Assembly (NCBI GenBank): GCA_016748015.1
Contig: JAAOMT010000602.1
Location: forward strand, 1,129,696-1,193,695
Source of the DNA: Geosiphon pyriformis uo1
Taxonomy: Eukaryota; Fungi; Glomeromycota
Length of the DNA stretch: 64,000 nucleotides
Reading direction: 5' to 3'
The translations under genes and the position numbers were made by a program. The first letter of the stretch is position 1; the number at the start of each line of letters is the position of its first letter. Below are positions 42,201-53,919 of this stretch, in pieces. Below the pieces are notes generated by a model that was given only the letters and a program-made list of their open reading frames with translations, was not told where the DNA came from and ran no database searches.

Positions 42201-44781
42201 TCTAGTTGGCTTGCACTCTCACCCTTTGGAGGTGTGCCTACCAGTTTAAAGACTGATAAACAGTGGCTTCAACTAGGGGATCTTCTTCAAAGAAATTGAT
42301 GTTGGTATGATTGGATCTTTGATTAGGGACATTGTTGTTGTTGTTGGGTCTGTTGTTTTGGTTGTCATTGTTTTTGGAAGCTAGAAGAGGCAGTAGTAGA
42401 TTGTTACAATCTCTTGAATAATGTTCAGTTAATCCACAATGATAGCATACAGGTGGGCCACGATTTTGTTGTCTTTGATAAGGTGGTTGCTGGGATTAAT
42501 TGAAGCATAATTCAAATCTGGGTCTTTGTGTTTGTTGATTTTCTCTGACTGCTTGGGCTAAGAGTTCTAATAACTGAGCAAGATTTGTTGTGAGTCTGTT
42601 GTTACCAGACAAAATTAGAGATATTATTTAGCATGAAATTATCTTTATAATTCCTATCATTAATTAACATATATTATCATTTCAAATTATCACTTAGTAT
42701 ATTAGCAAAATGTCTGAAATTATCATTTAATTAATAACCCAATTTGTACATAACACAAATGTAACCTAATTGCAATGATCAATCATGCAATACCCCGAAC
42801 TATGTAACATTCAAAAAGTTCACTGAAATTTGTAGAAATTTGCCGAAATAATTGATAGTTCATTGAAATATCTAATAGTTCGCAGAAATAACTTGTAGTT
42901 CGCCAAAATGTATCTTTAGTTTAGCAAAATTGTAGAAAAGAGCAAAGTTCAAGTTCATAGAATAGTGTTACAACAAGTTATATAAAAGAAGAGCTTCTCT
43001 CTTTGAGAAAATGTATCTTACTTTAGATTTATCACTTAGAACTATTTCTATACACACAAAAAGAAATAAATATCAAATAATTCAAAAAACCAAATTCTTT
43101 AAATTATTGCACTTGGAAAATCCTCAAAACCCAACTAACGTTTTGAAATTGATTAGCTACCAATTTCAGTAAACTGTTAGTGACTCCAGGCCTGGATAGA
43201 AAAACATTTCCCTTGATAAAATCCTATTTCTTTTACATTTCTTTTATTTTTCTTTTCTTTTCTTATTACAATCATTAGGGTAGCCTACAGACAAGATTTC
43301 TGTAGAAGAGTTGACTTTCACAGCAAAGTAACTACACATTTTTAGTGAGCTTCCAGATGAGCAATTCCTGGGAAAGAGTTGATGTTTACTACAATGTAAC
43401 TACATAAAGCAACTGGCACGGAATTGGCCATTCCACTCATAAGCCCAGCAAGTTCAAATTATAAGAGATAATTTGAAGATAAATTCAGTTACTGGAGGTC
43501 CAACTACTTCTTAGAAACGTGAATTCACAGCAAACAGGCATCAACAACATTCAAGAAAGAAGACCAAAAATCTCCAGTAACACTGTCTATTAACTGTTCA
43601 TTTGAATCTTGAGTGTGAGTGGCAAAAAAAGTAGCAGCCATTTGAGGGGCAGGAGCCATGACAGGAGCAGGGGCAAAAACTGGTAATGTGGATCCCAAGT
43701 GCATCCTTTGGTTATCTTCAATTCTTTGGGCAAGTTCAATGGCCATGTCTATTGTAGGGTTGTCTTTCAGGGCCAAGAGAGGCCAAAGAGCATAAGATAA
43801 ATCAGTTCTCAATCCTTTTGTGAAGGAATGAATCTTTTGTTCTTCTGTCCAGTTTCTCCCAGAGTCTACACGTTTGATTAGCTTTCTAATAGCTTTGGCA
43901 TATTCAGTCACTACTTTTTCAGGGCCTTGGGTTTTTCTTTCCAATTCCATGCACCATTTGGATATTAATATTGGGGTTCTGAACTTGGCCTCAAATTGGG
44001 TAGTAAAAGAGGTATTTTCTTCTCCAGCATTGATTGGTGTCCATCTGATTATTCTGTGTTGAGCATTGACATCTGTTTCTTGTGAGAACCAGATAGCAGG
44101 AGAGCCTTGGAGGTAGCCACCAATGATTTGGAACTTGTATTTTTCATTATACTGGTTGGCTGTGGTAGTTCTCTCAAAATCATCCAACCATTCAATTGGA
44201 TCTTGTGCATCACCTCTAAATAGTGATAATGGGGTATTGTTTCTTCTTCCTAGAGCAGTTTGTATACCTTGGAGGGTGGTCAGAATGTTTGCTTGCATGG
44301 GGTCATTAGCCATTGGTTCAGGGGTAACTGTTTGTGTAGATGAGTCTGATTCACTTGATAAAAGGTCAAAAACAGGAGCAGTTTGATAGCTTTCTTCTTC
44401 TGTTTCAAAAGGAGTTTCAGTTGCTTGATGGGCAGCAATCCAAATGTGGATTTGATGATTCAGATATTCGAAATCAGAGGGCTGTTGTTCAAAGGTTGCA
44501 GAATATAAGAGCTGATTGATACTGTTGTTTCTTTCTTCAAAGTCGTTTTCAAAATAAGCTTGGTCAAAGTAATAGGTTGTATAAGCTGTATAGGTTTCAG
44601 CTGAATGCTTGTTCAGAAACCAGTTCCAAAAGTTTTGGAATTGTCTACTGGATTGTTCTTTAAGGGGGAAGCAGATCAAGCAAAAGGGCAGAAGATTAAG
44701 TTCAATGAAATCTAGGTTGTTTTTGTTGTGTGCTGCAAAGTGTTTTTCTGATTGCTGTGGCAGATATGAGTAATCACCCAT
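42200..44781 (-). pseudogene. gag of family B interrupted by a solo LTR
   Basis: FRGDAQDPIEWLDDFE..QGPEKVVTEY..FTKGLR; the frame resumes after the insertion as EQLID-RLTTNLAQLLE. Confidence 0.88.
42600..43582 (+). repeat. Solo LTR, family A (983 bp), TSD CTGT
   Basis: TGTTACCAG...CCAGTAACA flanked by CTGT; reverse-complement homologue of 8675..9644. Confidence 0.93.
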
Positions 44782-46521
44782 ACAATAAGAGAATAAGTGA
44801 ATTTTGACAACCTCACAGAGAGCACCACTTTTATGTTACAGGTTGGAGTAACAAGCTAATGAATAGCAAGGGAAAACAGTATTGTATGGTAATAGAAATA
44901 AACAAAGAGGGAATTACAATAAGAGAGTGAATTGAATGAGTAAGGATTCAATGTGCGTGATCAGTCTCATAAAAATCACAGTCGCTAATCTTTTCTTAAA
45001 TCTGAAGGTAGAGAAATAGTCCATAATTGTCAACAAGATAATATTGCTGCTATTATTCTATGTCTCAACTCAGCAATTCTTAGAATCAATAACAGATATC
45101 ATTGTGCTTTTCAATCGTGTCTTTATTCAATGAATTACAAGAGCAAGCCAATTGCTTCTTAGGCTAATTCTAACAAATACAAATCAAGAAGGGGAAAAGA
45201 TAAGGTATGTGAATGCCAAAAAGTAGATACTTGAAGGTAAAGAAAGAGAAATAAGTGATATGAGAGGAAGTAATTGATATTGTTTTATTTCATTACTTTG
45301 ATCATGTTTTTCTACAGCTAAGGGAATCATCACTTATATAGCTATCTAAAATGATCAACGACCAGGTCAACGATCACTATCTAAAAATAGGGTGGCTAAT
45401 TATATAACATCAGTGGTTAATACATGTGATAACTAATAAAAACTATGGGTTTCAACCGTAATAATATAGTTAATATTACAGCATAACAATTTGATTAAGT
45501 ATTAAAAAATCACATTTTGTTAAAGTATTTAAACATAAACAATAATTATTATATATTAAAAAACTTTTTATTATAAAAATTTAAAAAACCCCATTTTTTA
45601 TTACAAATATTCAAAATATAATTATAATTGGTCAAATAAAATAGAGAAATTACTAAAAAGGTAAACATTTATATGAATGTATGAAAAATTTAATTGACAA
45701 TGATAATATTAATCATATTTTTAACTTAGATTTTGTTTATTTCATATGCTATTGACTTTATAAAATAAAACCTAAGAAAGTTTAATCCAGGAAATACATA
45801 AAGAGATTGTTCTTTAGTTAATAAACATATTTGACATTATTACATTACCAATTTTTAATTACATGAAAATGTTAAAGAAAACAAAACAGCGTGTAAAATG
45901 CTAACTTGGACACATGAAAAATTCTGTAAACGTACAAGCAAAATACGGACTTAACATTAATCGGGATCTAAATAGCACTTCTTGATGAAAGGTTGTTGTA
46001 ACACTATTATCCAAGTTTAATAATAATTAATCTAGAAACATGAAAATTTGAAACCACCTTGGTTGAAGATAATGGCTATATTTTGCTGAAAAGAAACTTC
46101 AATATTGATATACCCTGATTCATCCAAATAGACTTCTCAAGAGGAATTGATTTACAATTCAAAACTCCCAACGGGTAAAGGGACTAAGCTCGTGGTTGTA
46201 TACATTCTTATGAGAAAGGTTCTGTCCGCCCGTGGGGAAGTTGGAAAAATCTGCGGCACATCCGCCGGTAGCTTCAAAATGGTAGGTATATGCTTCCTCC
46301 CATGATTTTTTCTTTGTACTTTGCACCAATGCATTTCAAAGTTCCACTGCGTTTTACTATAAAACTCTATTTCCCTTGAAGAAACATAAATCTAAGGGCT
46401 CTTTTCACGATTTTGACCCGATTAACCTCTCCTTTTTTGGAGAAAAACCTTCTTTTTACTTAATCTTTATAAGTTTCGTTTTTTCTCGTCACCTTTGTTT
46501 AATAGGCAGCTGAAGAACGTG

Positions 46522-49500
46522 ATGCCCGTTTTTTCTTATTTCGCGAAGAATCTGTCGCGACTAAGCAATGCCGCGGCACAAATTTTTCACTGTCATGGAC
46601 AGTTTTGCGCTTCCCATCAAGTCACCCTCATTATATTGGCCCTTTTTTTAGTCTTTACGCTCTTCCATCCCACCTTTGAAACCTATTATTTAAAGCCGAA
46701 AAATAGCGGTCAAATTCATTTTTGGGAATCCCCTTCATCCCGTTCACCCCTAAGTAAGGAGGTTTTCGTTCAAAAATATGGCACTCGGCCTTCAGTACGC
46801 GTCGTGCAAATTCTGATAAATGCCACTGCAACACATAGAGGGCATCGGATCGGTCAAGGAAAAGGTGTCTTCGATAAGAATCTGCTGCTTTGGACATTAC
46901 AATTACAGGAGCGGATCGCTTCCACCGAGATTGTTTACCCCCCAATTTCCACTTCTCCTTTGACCCCACTCTCAAATGCAAACCCATCAGCAAGCGCTCC
47001 TAATAAATACTCACTCTCCGACTTTTGCTTCAAACCCTTCTCTGATAAAAACTGCTTGGTTCATTCTCCCCTCGAATTTTGGAGTAACAATCACGAAAAA
47101 TTGGCGTCAGATAGCGCCATCATCAACACTCTAGCAAAGGAAAAACCAAAATCTTCATTTAATATCCCCATTCCCGTTTATTCTGTATTTGGAAAACCAG
47201 AATATTCTCAAAAGACTGGTAGAATAATTGGCGCAGAATCAATTATTCTAACATATTTCTTGGAAGACATGAGCAATTGGCCTGAGGGTATGACCGTTGA
47301 AATATGGGAACTTTTATGGCAAAAAGTGATGCAGAATCAAGACATGGGCCATATTGGAGGCTCTCAGGTTGAAGCCGTCAATATTGTAAATCATGGTGAA
47401 TTGGAACATTTATTATACTATGTAAGTTTACGTTATTCTTTGTTTTTACTATCGAACTTCCACACTTAACTTAAATTATTATATTTATGATCCATCAGTT
47501 TAATAATTCCCAGTATGGGATTACAGCTGAATATAGCTTATTAGCTCTTGTATCTCTATGCTGGTTTCTGTACATATCTTTCTCGATTGGAAGATTAAAT
47601 GTGGTCAAGTCAAAGTTTGGCCTTGGATTTTCTGCAGTTGCCCAAATGATTGCATCTTTAATAAGTTCTGTTAGTATTTGTTCTCTTTTTGGAGTCACTT
47701 TTACTCTGTTTCCTTGGTAAGTAAATTTGAAAAGAATTTTAAAAATAAAAATAAAAATTTCTAAGGACATTTTTTTCCAGGGAGATTTTGCCATTTATTC
47801 CGATGATCATCAGTGCTGAAAACTGCATTATTTTGACAAATGCGGTGACCTCAACAACCATGGAACTTGAGGTCAAGGAAAGAGTCGCAATTGGTTTGAG
47901 CAATGTGGGGCTTTCCATTACCAACTACCTTGGTTTGGAGATCCTCTGTTTTTTGCTCTTTTCCGCAACGAATATTGTTTCGGTGCAAGATTTTTCTCTT
48001 TTTCTCTCCATAGCTGTAATTATCGATTACATTCTACAAATGACTTTCTTTATTACCACACTCTCCATTGATCTTCGAAGGCTGGAGGTAAAATTTTTGA
48101 TTCTACATTATAAAATTTTTCATACTTCACAATTCGAATAAATTATTGTTGTTGTTATTATTTGTCTTAGATTTCTGATTTGTATAATCGGAGGCCTCTT
48201 GTTACCAATCATAGCAATAAAAAATTGTCGACTGGTCTTAGTACAACCAATGGGAAGCCTGGTGTTTTGCCGAAACCTATTACTTTTACGGCAAGAAGGA
48301 TTTTTAGCTTTCTAGCGGTAAATCAATAATTTGAAATTTAAAAATCCCTTTATTACTTGCCTCATTTTGGTTATTTTACTGAATACTTACCCAGATCCTT
48401 ATAGTTATGGGTGTCCTTAGTAACTTCTATCCGGCAGCGGTTGATATAAAAATCACAACTTCCATTATGGCTAGTTTCAATCCCCGAAAAGCAGTCATTG
48501 CAGAACAACTGGTCAACAACACGTTCTGGATGGCCGAAACTGCATCAACTGCAGATCCTTTTTGGGAAACAGTAAACCCTAGCAAAGAGCCCCGCTATTT
48601 TGAAATTCGTCCGGCAAAACTAGTAACTATTATTAGAGAGAAAGAAAAGGATGAATTTGAAAGTCGCGATACTGTTTCAGGACAATTTGATCTTCAGCCA
48701 CATAATAAATTTGAAAAATGGAAACGCTACGTCATTATTTCCATCAAATCAACTGCTTGGTTTATTAAATTTGTAGCGGCACCCGCTGTTGGAATAGCAT
48801 TAGGAATATCTTTCTTATTGCATTTCCTCTTATCACCAGATCGATACAATAGGAAGGGCCGCGATTCAAGGGCTCCTATTATAAAATTACCAAAAAAATC
48901 ATCAAATTCTTTAGCTTCTTTTTCCCCTAGAGTGATTACCTTACGTGGTCGTCACTCAGCAGATATTGACCTTTTGTGTGCCAACTCGAAGGGTCTGGTC
49001 ATTTCTACCGCAACTGATAAACACATTACCTCCTGGGACGGAAGACTTGGTACCCCATTAAGGAAGTTGGAGAGATATATGCGTCGATGCTCGACTTGTA
49101 AATGTGGTACGACCGGAGGAATGAAAAATTGCATTTCCTGGCCAGTAAGAGCTCTTTGTGCTAGCGAAAAAGTTGAACTTGCTGCCGCAGGGTTTGAAGA
49201 TGGTGTAGTCCGTGTTTGGGATATTAACTCTGGTCAAGCAAGCCATATCCTAAAAGATACCGTGGATGATGTTGAGTCCGTTATATCAGTAATGACAGGC
49301 CATTCTCCAAAAGAACGTGTCACTTGTTTACAATTTGTTGCACGCTCAAACTCATCGGTCAACAAAAAAGAAGGGTTCTTGGAAGACTCGAGATCTGCCA
49401 TGTTGATCGCGGCATACCGCAATGGATATATTCGTGAGTGGGACCTTAAATCTGGCCAAATTTCAAACACAATTGCCACAAATCAAAAGTCTGGGATTAG

Positions 49501-51247
49501 TGTCTTATGTGTTTTAGATAACGAGTCTACAGATAACAGTCGAAATGATCTGCGAATGTATTCAGGTGCACGGGATGGCACGGTGCGTTGTTGGGTTCGT
49601 AGAATCATAGAAGGGGAAAAGGAATGTATAATTAAGGATAAAGATTCAGCCGAAGCGCGAAAAAGTTCTTGGAAAGCTGTATACACTCTTGTTGGACGAG
49701 ATGGCAATGCTATCACATGCATTGCTGCCAAGGTAGTAGAGATCAAAAAAAATCCTTATGGTATTGTCGTCACCGGTGCAGCTGATGGTGAAGTTAGAGT
49801 ATACGATTATGTGACTGGAGGACATCTCATGACATTAAGTCCAGGTGCTTTATGGAAGCAGAAACGCGAAAAAGAACGCATTCAAGAAAATTTAATATTA
49901 AAAAACGAGAAACTTCTACGGAAGCAATTACGACTACGACAAGCATATCTCAAAAGCAGCATTCTAGAAACCCCTTCTGATTCTGATGAAGATTTATATG
50001 ACGAGGACTTTGAGGAATATGAAGAAACTTCTCACAATGAATTAATCACAAACATTATTATCCATCCTTTAGAGCAAAAAAGTTGCCCTTGTGGAAATAC
50101 CGAAGCAGGAGATGGTTTTTGGATAGTTACTGGCTCACTTGATGAGAAAGTACATGTTTGGAAATTGGATCGAAATGTCATGGATTGTAGCTGCATGGCT
50201 TTGCAAATTTCGAGACCTGCTTCGCTTGCGACGAGACATAACTTTGCTAAGGAAATTTCTGAATTTGGAACTACGAGAGACAATTTAGGATATGATTTCT
50301 CCCATCAATATCGAGTCTTCAATTCGGATAAAGGAATTAGTGGCGTGATAAATGATTTTCCAGGGAAGAATGTTGTCAAATGGAATGGCGTGGTGTCATA
50401 TCGGCCTAAATTTTATGGTCGAGTCACTCAGCCAGGTGGTTCAGCGATAGTATTCATGAGGGATAATGTGGTGGGTGTTCGACAAACAAAAAAGGATAAA
50501 ATAAATTCAATAAAGTATAAATCGCAGGCAACCTCAACACGTAACGGAACCCATAGTGTTGAAGGTGAATGGGAGGTTTGGTTACTAGACCTTAATAATC
50601 CCAAACGTTTCGATAATATCCCTGACAAGCAGCGCAATAGTTTCGATACTGATCAAGAGGTAATGGAATTATTAGTAACGACAATACCATTAGTTGATGA
50701 AAGTGACTTAAAGATTGAGGAAGAGCAAAGACGGAAAGAAACTCTTAGGCGACGTGAGAAAAAGAAATCCACAGACTTACGCGGCTTCGTACCGCAAAGA
50801 CGGCGAGTTCTCAATGAAAATAGGAATTTTTCCAAGGCCAGCATAGTAGCAAAGTTCCCATCATCTACCGTCCCAACGGTTGGAACAACGTCGATTTCAC
50901 CAAACTACAAGGAAAATCCTTATAATCAACATCCTGAACACTCCAATGAAGCTCATATTCATGATGAAGAGGAGACACAAGGGCAAGTTATTGGGCAGGT
51001 TTATGACTATCGACAGAAAATGCTGAGGCGGGCCAGCATGTTGCATCGTGTGTATCCCAAAAATGTAACCAATAGTATAAATAATGAATTAACATTGGGT
51101 CTTGATGATGAGGATCAGATGAACGAACTATTGCCATTTGCGTTTATACGACAAGTGGTTAAAGTTGGGGAGGAAGGCGTTGCTGTTGGATATGGGAATT
51201 TCGTTAAGGTTGTATTATTTGAGGAGATTGATGAACCTACTTTATAA
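46522..51247 (+). CDS. SCAP: SREBP cleavage-activating protein homologue (sterol-sensing domain + WD40), 5 exons
   Basis: Exons 46522-47421, 47499-47716, 47781-48087, 48171-48317, 48395-51247. N-terminal FHCHGQFCASH, CLVHSPLEFW loop, SSD YISF..VKSKFGLG..EILPF..EN, spliced SIDLRRLEISDL (MELADL-like), C-terminal WD40 repeats. Confidence 0.88.
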
Positions 51248-52040
51248 TAACCCATATCCAACGCTCATCTGCAATTTAAAAGAACTTTATCCCAGAGGCA
51301 AAAAGTAAAAACATTTTTCATCACATTTACATAACTGTGTGTTCTCTTTAGAAATAATGGGAACCACTTGCTCTTCAGATTATGATCATTAGAAAATAAT
51401 TTGTAATAAATTCAAAAGCAGTTCGTGTGAGTTTTGCTTTAATATGAAGTTCAGACACGATTTAGAACTCTCAATTTAATTTTATATGAATAACTGCTAA
51501 AGCTTGACTGGTTCAACTTATTGGCTTCAAATAAATTAATTTATTATATAACTACTTTTTACTTATATCTTGAGCAGAAAAAATACTTTCACTCTACTAT
51601 GAGGTCTCACTTGATTTTTTAGCAGTACCATTCCCGAAAACCCTAAAAGTCAACATGAAAAAAGGAGTTTAAAAATTTCCAACTACTCCTAAGGAGTAAT
51701 GGTTGCAATGACATTTTTAAGTTCCTTGAATTTCAACAATCATTCTGTTCTAAGGTCGAGTAGTGGCTAAAACAATTTTACGCCTTACTTTATATAAACT
51801 TGCTCAAGCAGGAATTGATGATATGCGCCAGCGTATCTCCATACAGCGCATAGCATTACAAACGCGTTAAATTTCACGAGAGATTGCATCGAAACCATTT
51901 GTCCAGAATATTCTAAAGCCGAGATTTAGGATTTACATTGCCTTAGCCACAATTATAAAATGAGTAAACGAAACCTTTCCCAGCAAACCAACACTTTCTT
52001 CTACCCTTTTGTGATTTTTCTTTCCATAAACAAGTAAATT

Positions 52041-53544
52041 ATGGCAACTGCAGTTAAAGAAGCTATTAAGGATCTTAGGAGACGTATCGAGGATAAAGTT
52101 GCTATTATTACTGGTGCTGGCAGGTAAATAATTGAACTAGACCGCTTAAAACGTCGGGTACCTTTTTAACATTAAGAAGATAAATATGAGAGAAAATGAT
52201 TATTCAAACATTAAATTCGGCTTATTTTTAATAGCGGGGTCGGGTTCGAGTCTGCTGTCCTTTTCGCCAAGGAAGGTGCTCGAGTTATTGCTGCTGACAT
52301 AGACCTTAAAGCTGCTGAGAGGGCTGTTGAGAGAATAAAAGACGTCATCGGGCCGTTGCATCTTAGTAAACGCGCTCTCGCATATCAAGTTGATGTCACT
52401 AAAGAAGCAGAAGTAAAAAAATTGGTGGAGACGGCCTTAAGAGAATTTGGTGAGGTTTTGAATTGGATTTCATTTATCAATTATCAATTTTCTAATTACA
52501 TTTTTGTGATGTACCTTATTTCATATTGGAAATAGGAAAACTCGACATTATTTTCAATAACGCGGGGATAATGCATCCGCATGATGAAAATGCCCTCAAT
52601 ACAGATGAAAAAGTTTGGTAAATGTGACCTTAAAAGGCCGGCATTTCAAATTTCAAATTAAATCTTTATGCTTATTTTCAAACATGATTATTCACTTTGA
52701 TATCTTCAATGCATTGAAGGGACGTTACATTTAATACTAATCTCAAAGGTGTCTGGTACGGTTGTAAATATGCTATTGAAGCATTTCATCGTGGTGGAAA
52801 GGGTGGTAGCATTATCAATACTTCCAGCTTCGTAGGAACTTTGGGTTCAGCTACTCCTCAGATTGCTTGTTAGTTCTTTTTTTGTATCTCAATTTCTCGA
52901 ATTAAAAAAACATAATAGTTCTTAATAATCAATTTTCATCATGTAAAACTATAGATACGGCATCAAAGGGGGCTGTTATTGCTTTAAGGTATAACGCTCT
53001 TTTAATTATCATTTTTCCTTTCTTTTAATATCTAAACGATTCAATTGTTATGACATTTTTAAATGTAGCCGTGAGTTGGCCGTCACTCATGCGCGTGAAG
53101 GTATCCGCATCAACGCACTTTCACCTGGACCTCTAAATACCCCATTGCTTCAAAAGTTCCTCGATACAGATGATAAGAAACAAAGAAGATTAGTACATGT
53201 TCCTATCGGACGGTTTGGTAAGCAGTTAGAGAAAGCTTATGGTATATTAACTTCGTTTCAGAAAGATTCATGGGAAATTGCGAATTCTTAGGTGAACCAA
53301 TTGAAATCGCTCAAGCGGCTCTCTTCCTTGCCTCAGACGAGTCGAGCTACATAACAGGGACCGAGTTTAAGGTTGATGGTGGCATTACGGCTGCATACGT
53401 GGTTAGTATTGTCTACAAAGATTAAACTATTACGCTGGCCTATTTAAAATCAAATATTAATATTATTTTTAGACTCCCGAAGGTGCTACCAAGAGTGTCG
53501 CACCAAAGAATTGGAACAAGGGAGACAAAAAAGCCTCTCAGTAA
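52041..53544 (+). CDS. Short-chain dehydrogenase/reductase (classical SDR), about 8 exons
   Basis: Spliced [49 protein letters not shown]; GT-AG introns. Confidence 0.9.
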
Positions 53545-53919
53545 CTTTTGGTCGACTTGGACAACGTTCGTTTGGGATGTATATTATATTTAAAATGTAT
53601 AAAAATGTGAATAAATTATTAAAGAGTAGGTTTCCCTTTTATTATTTGTGATTAAAAGGAAGCAATCAAAAATGAATTTTTGAAAGATGTTATTTAACAT
53701 TAGGATTATAATCGTAACTTGAACATCCATCAGAATTAAAAATAAAATACTTTTGAATAATGAACAATTATATACAGGAGAAAAACCAAAGCAATTTTAA
53801 GAGCTACCAAAATTGAATTAGTCTAACATTTGCATTATAAAATGAGTAATAATAAAGTAGATTTGATGGGAGGTTGTTGAACAATGACTATTTACAATTA
53901 ATCTATGAGGATTTTGTAT

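Larger units (their letters stand above)
35954..45463 (-). mobile_element. Full-length Ty3/Gypsy LTR retrotransposon, family B, TSD ATAT
   Basis: LTRs 44834..45463 and 35954..37510 (the latter interrupted), both outer flanks ATAT. PBS-like TGGTGCTCTCTGTGAGG; gag with CYHCGLTEHYSRDC; protease LILDSG; RT YLDD; RNase H; integrase; extra 3' ORF. Confidence 0.95.

Noticed and set aside
43525-43582. Novel C-terminus of the 418-aa gag ORF
   Set aside because: It is read-through into the inserted solo LTR.
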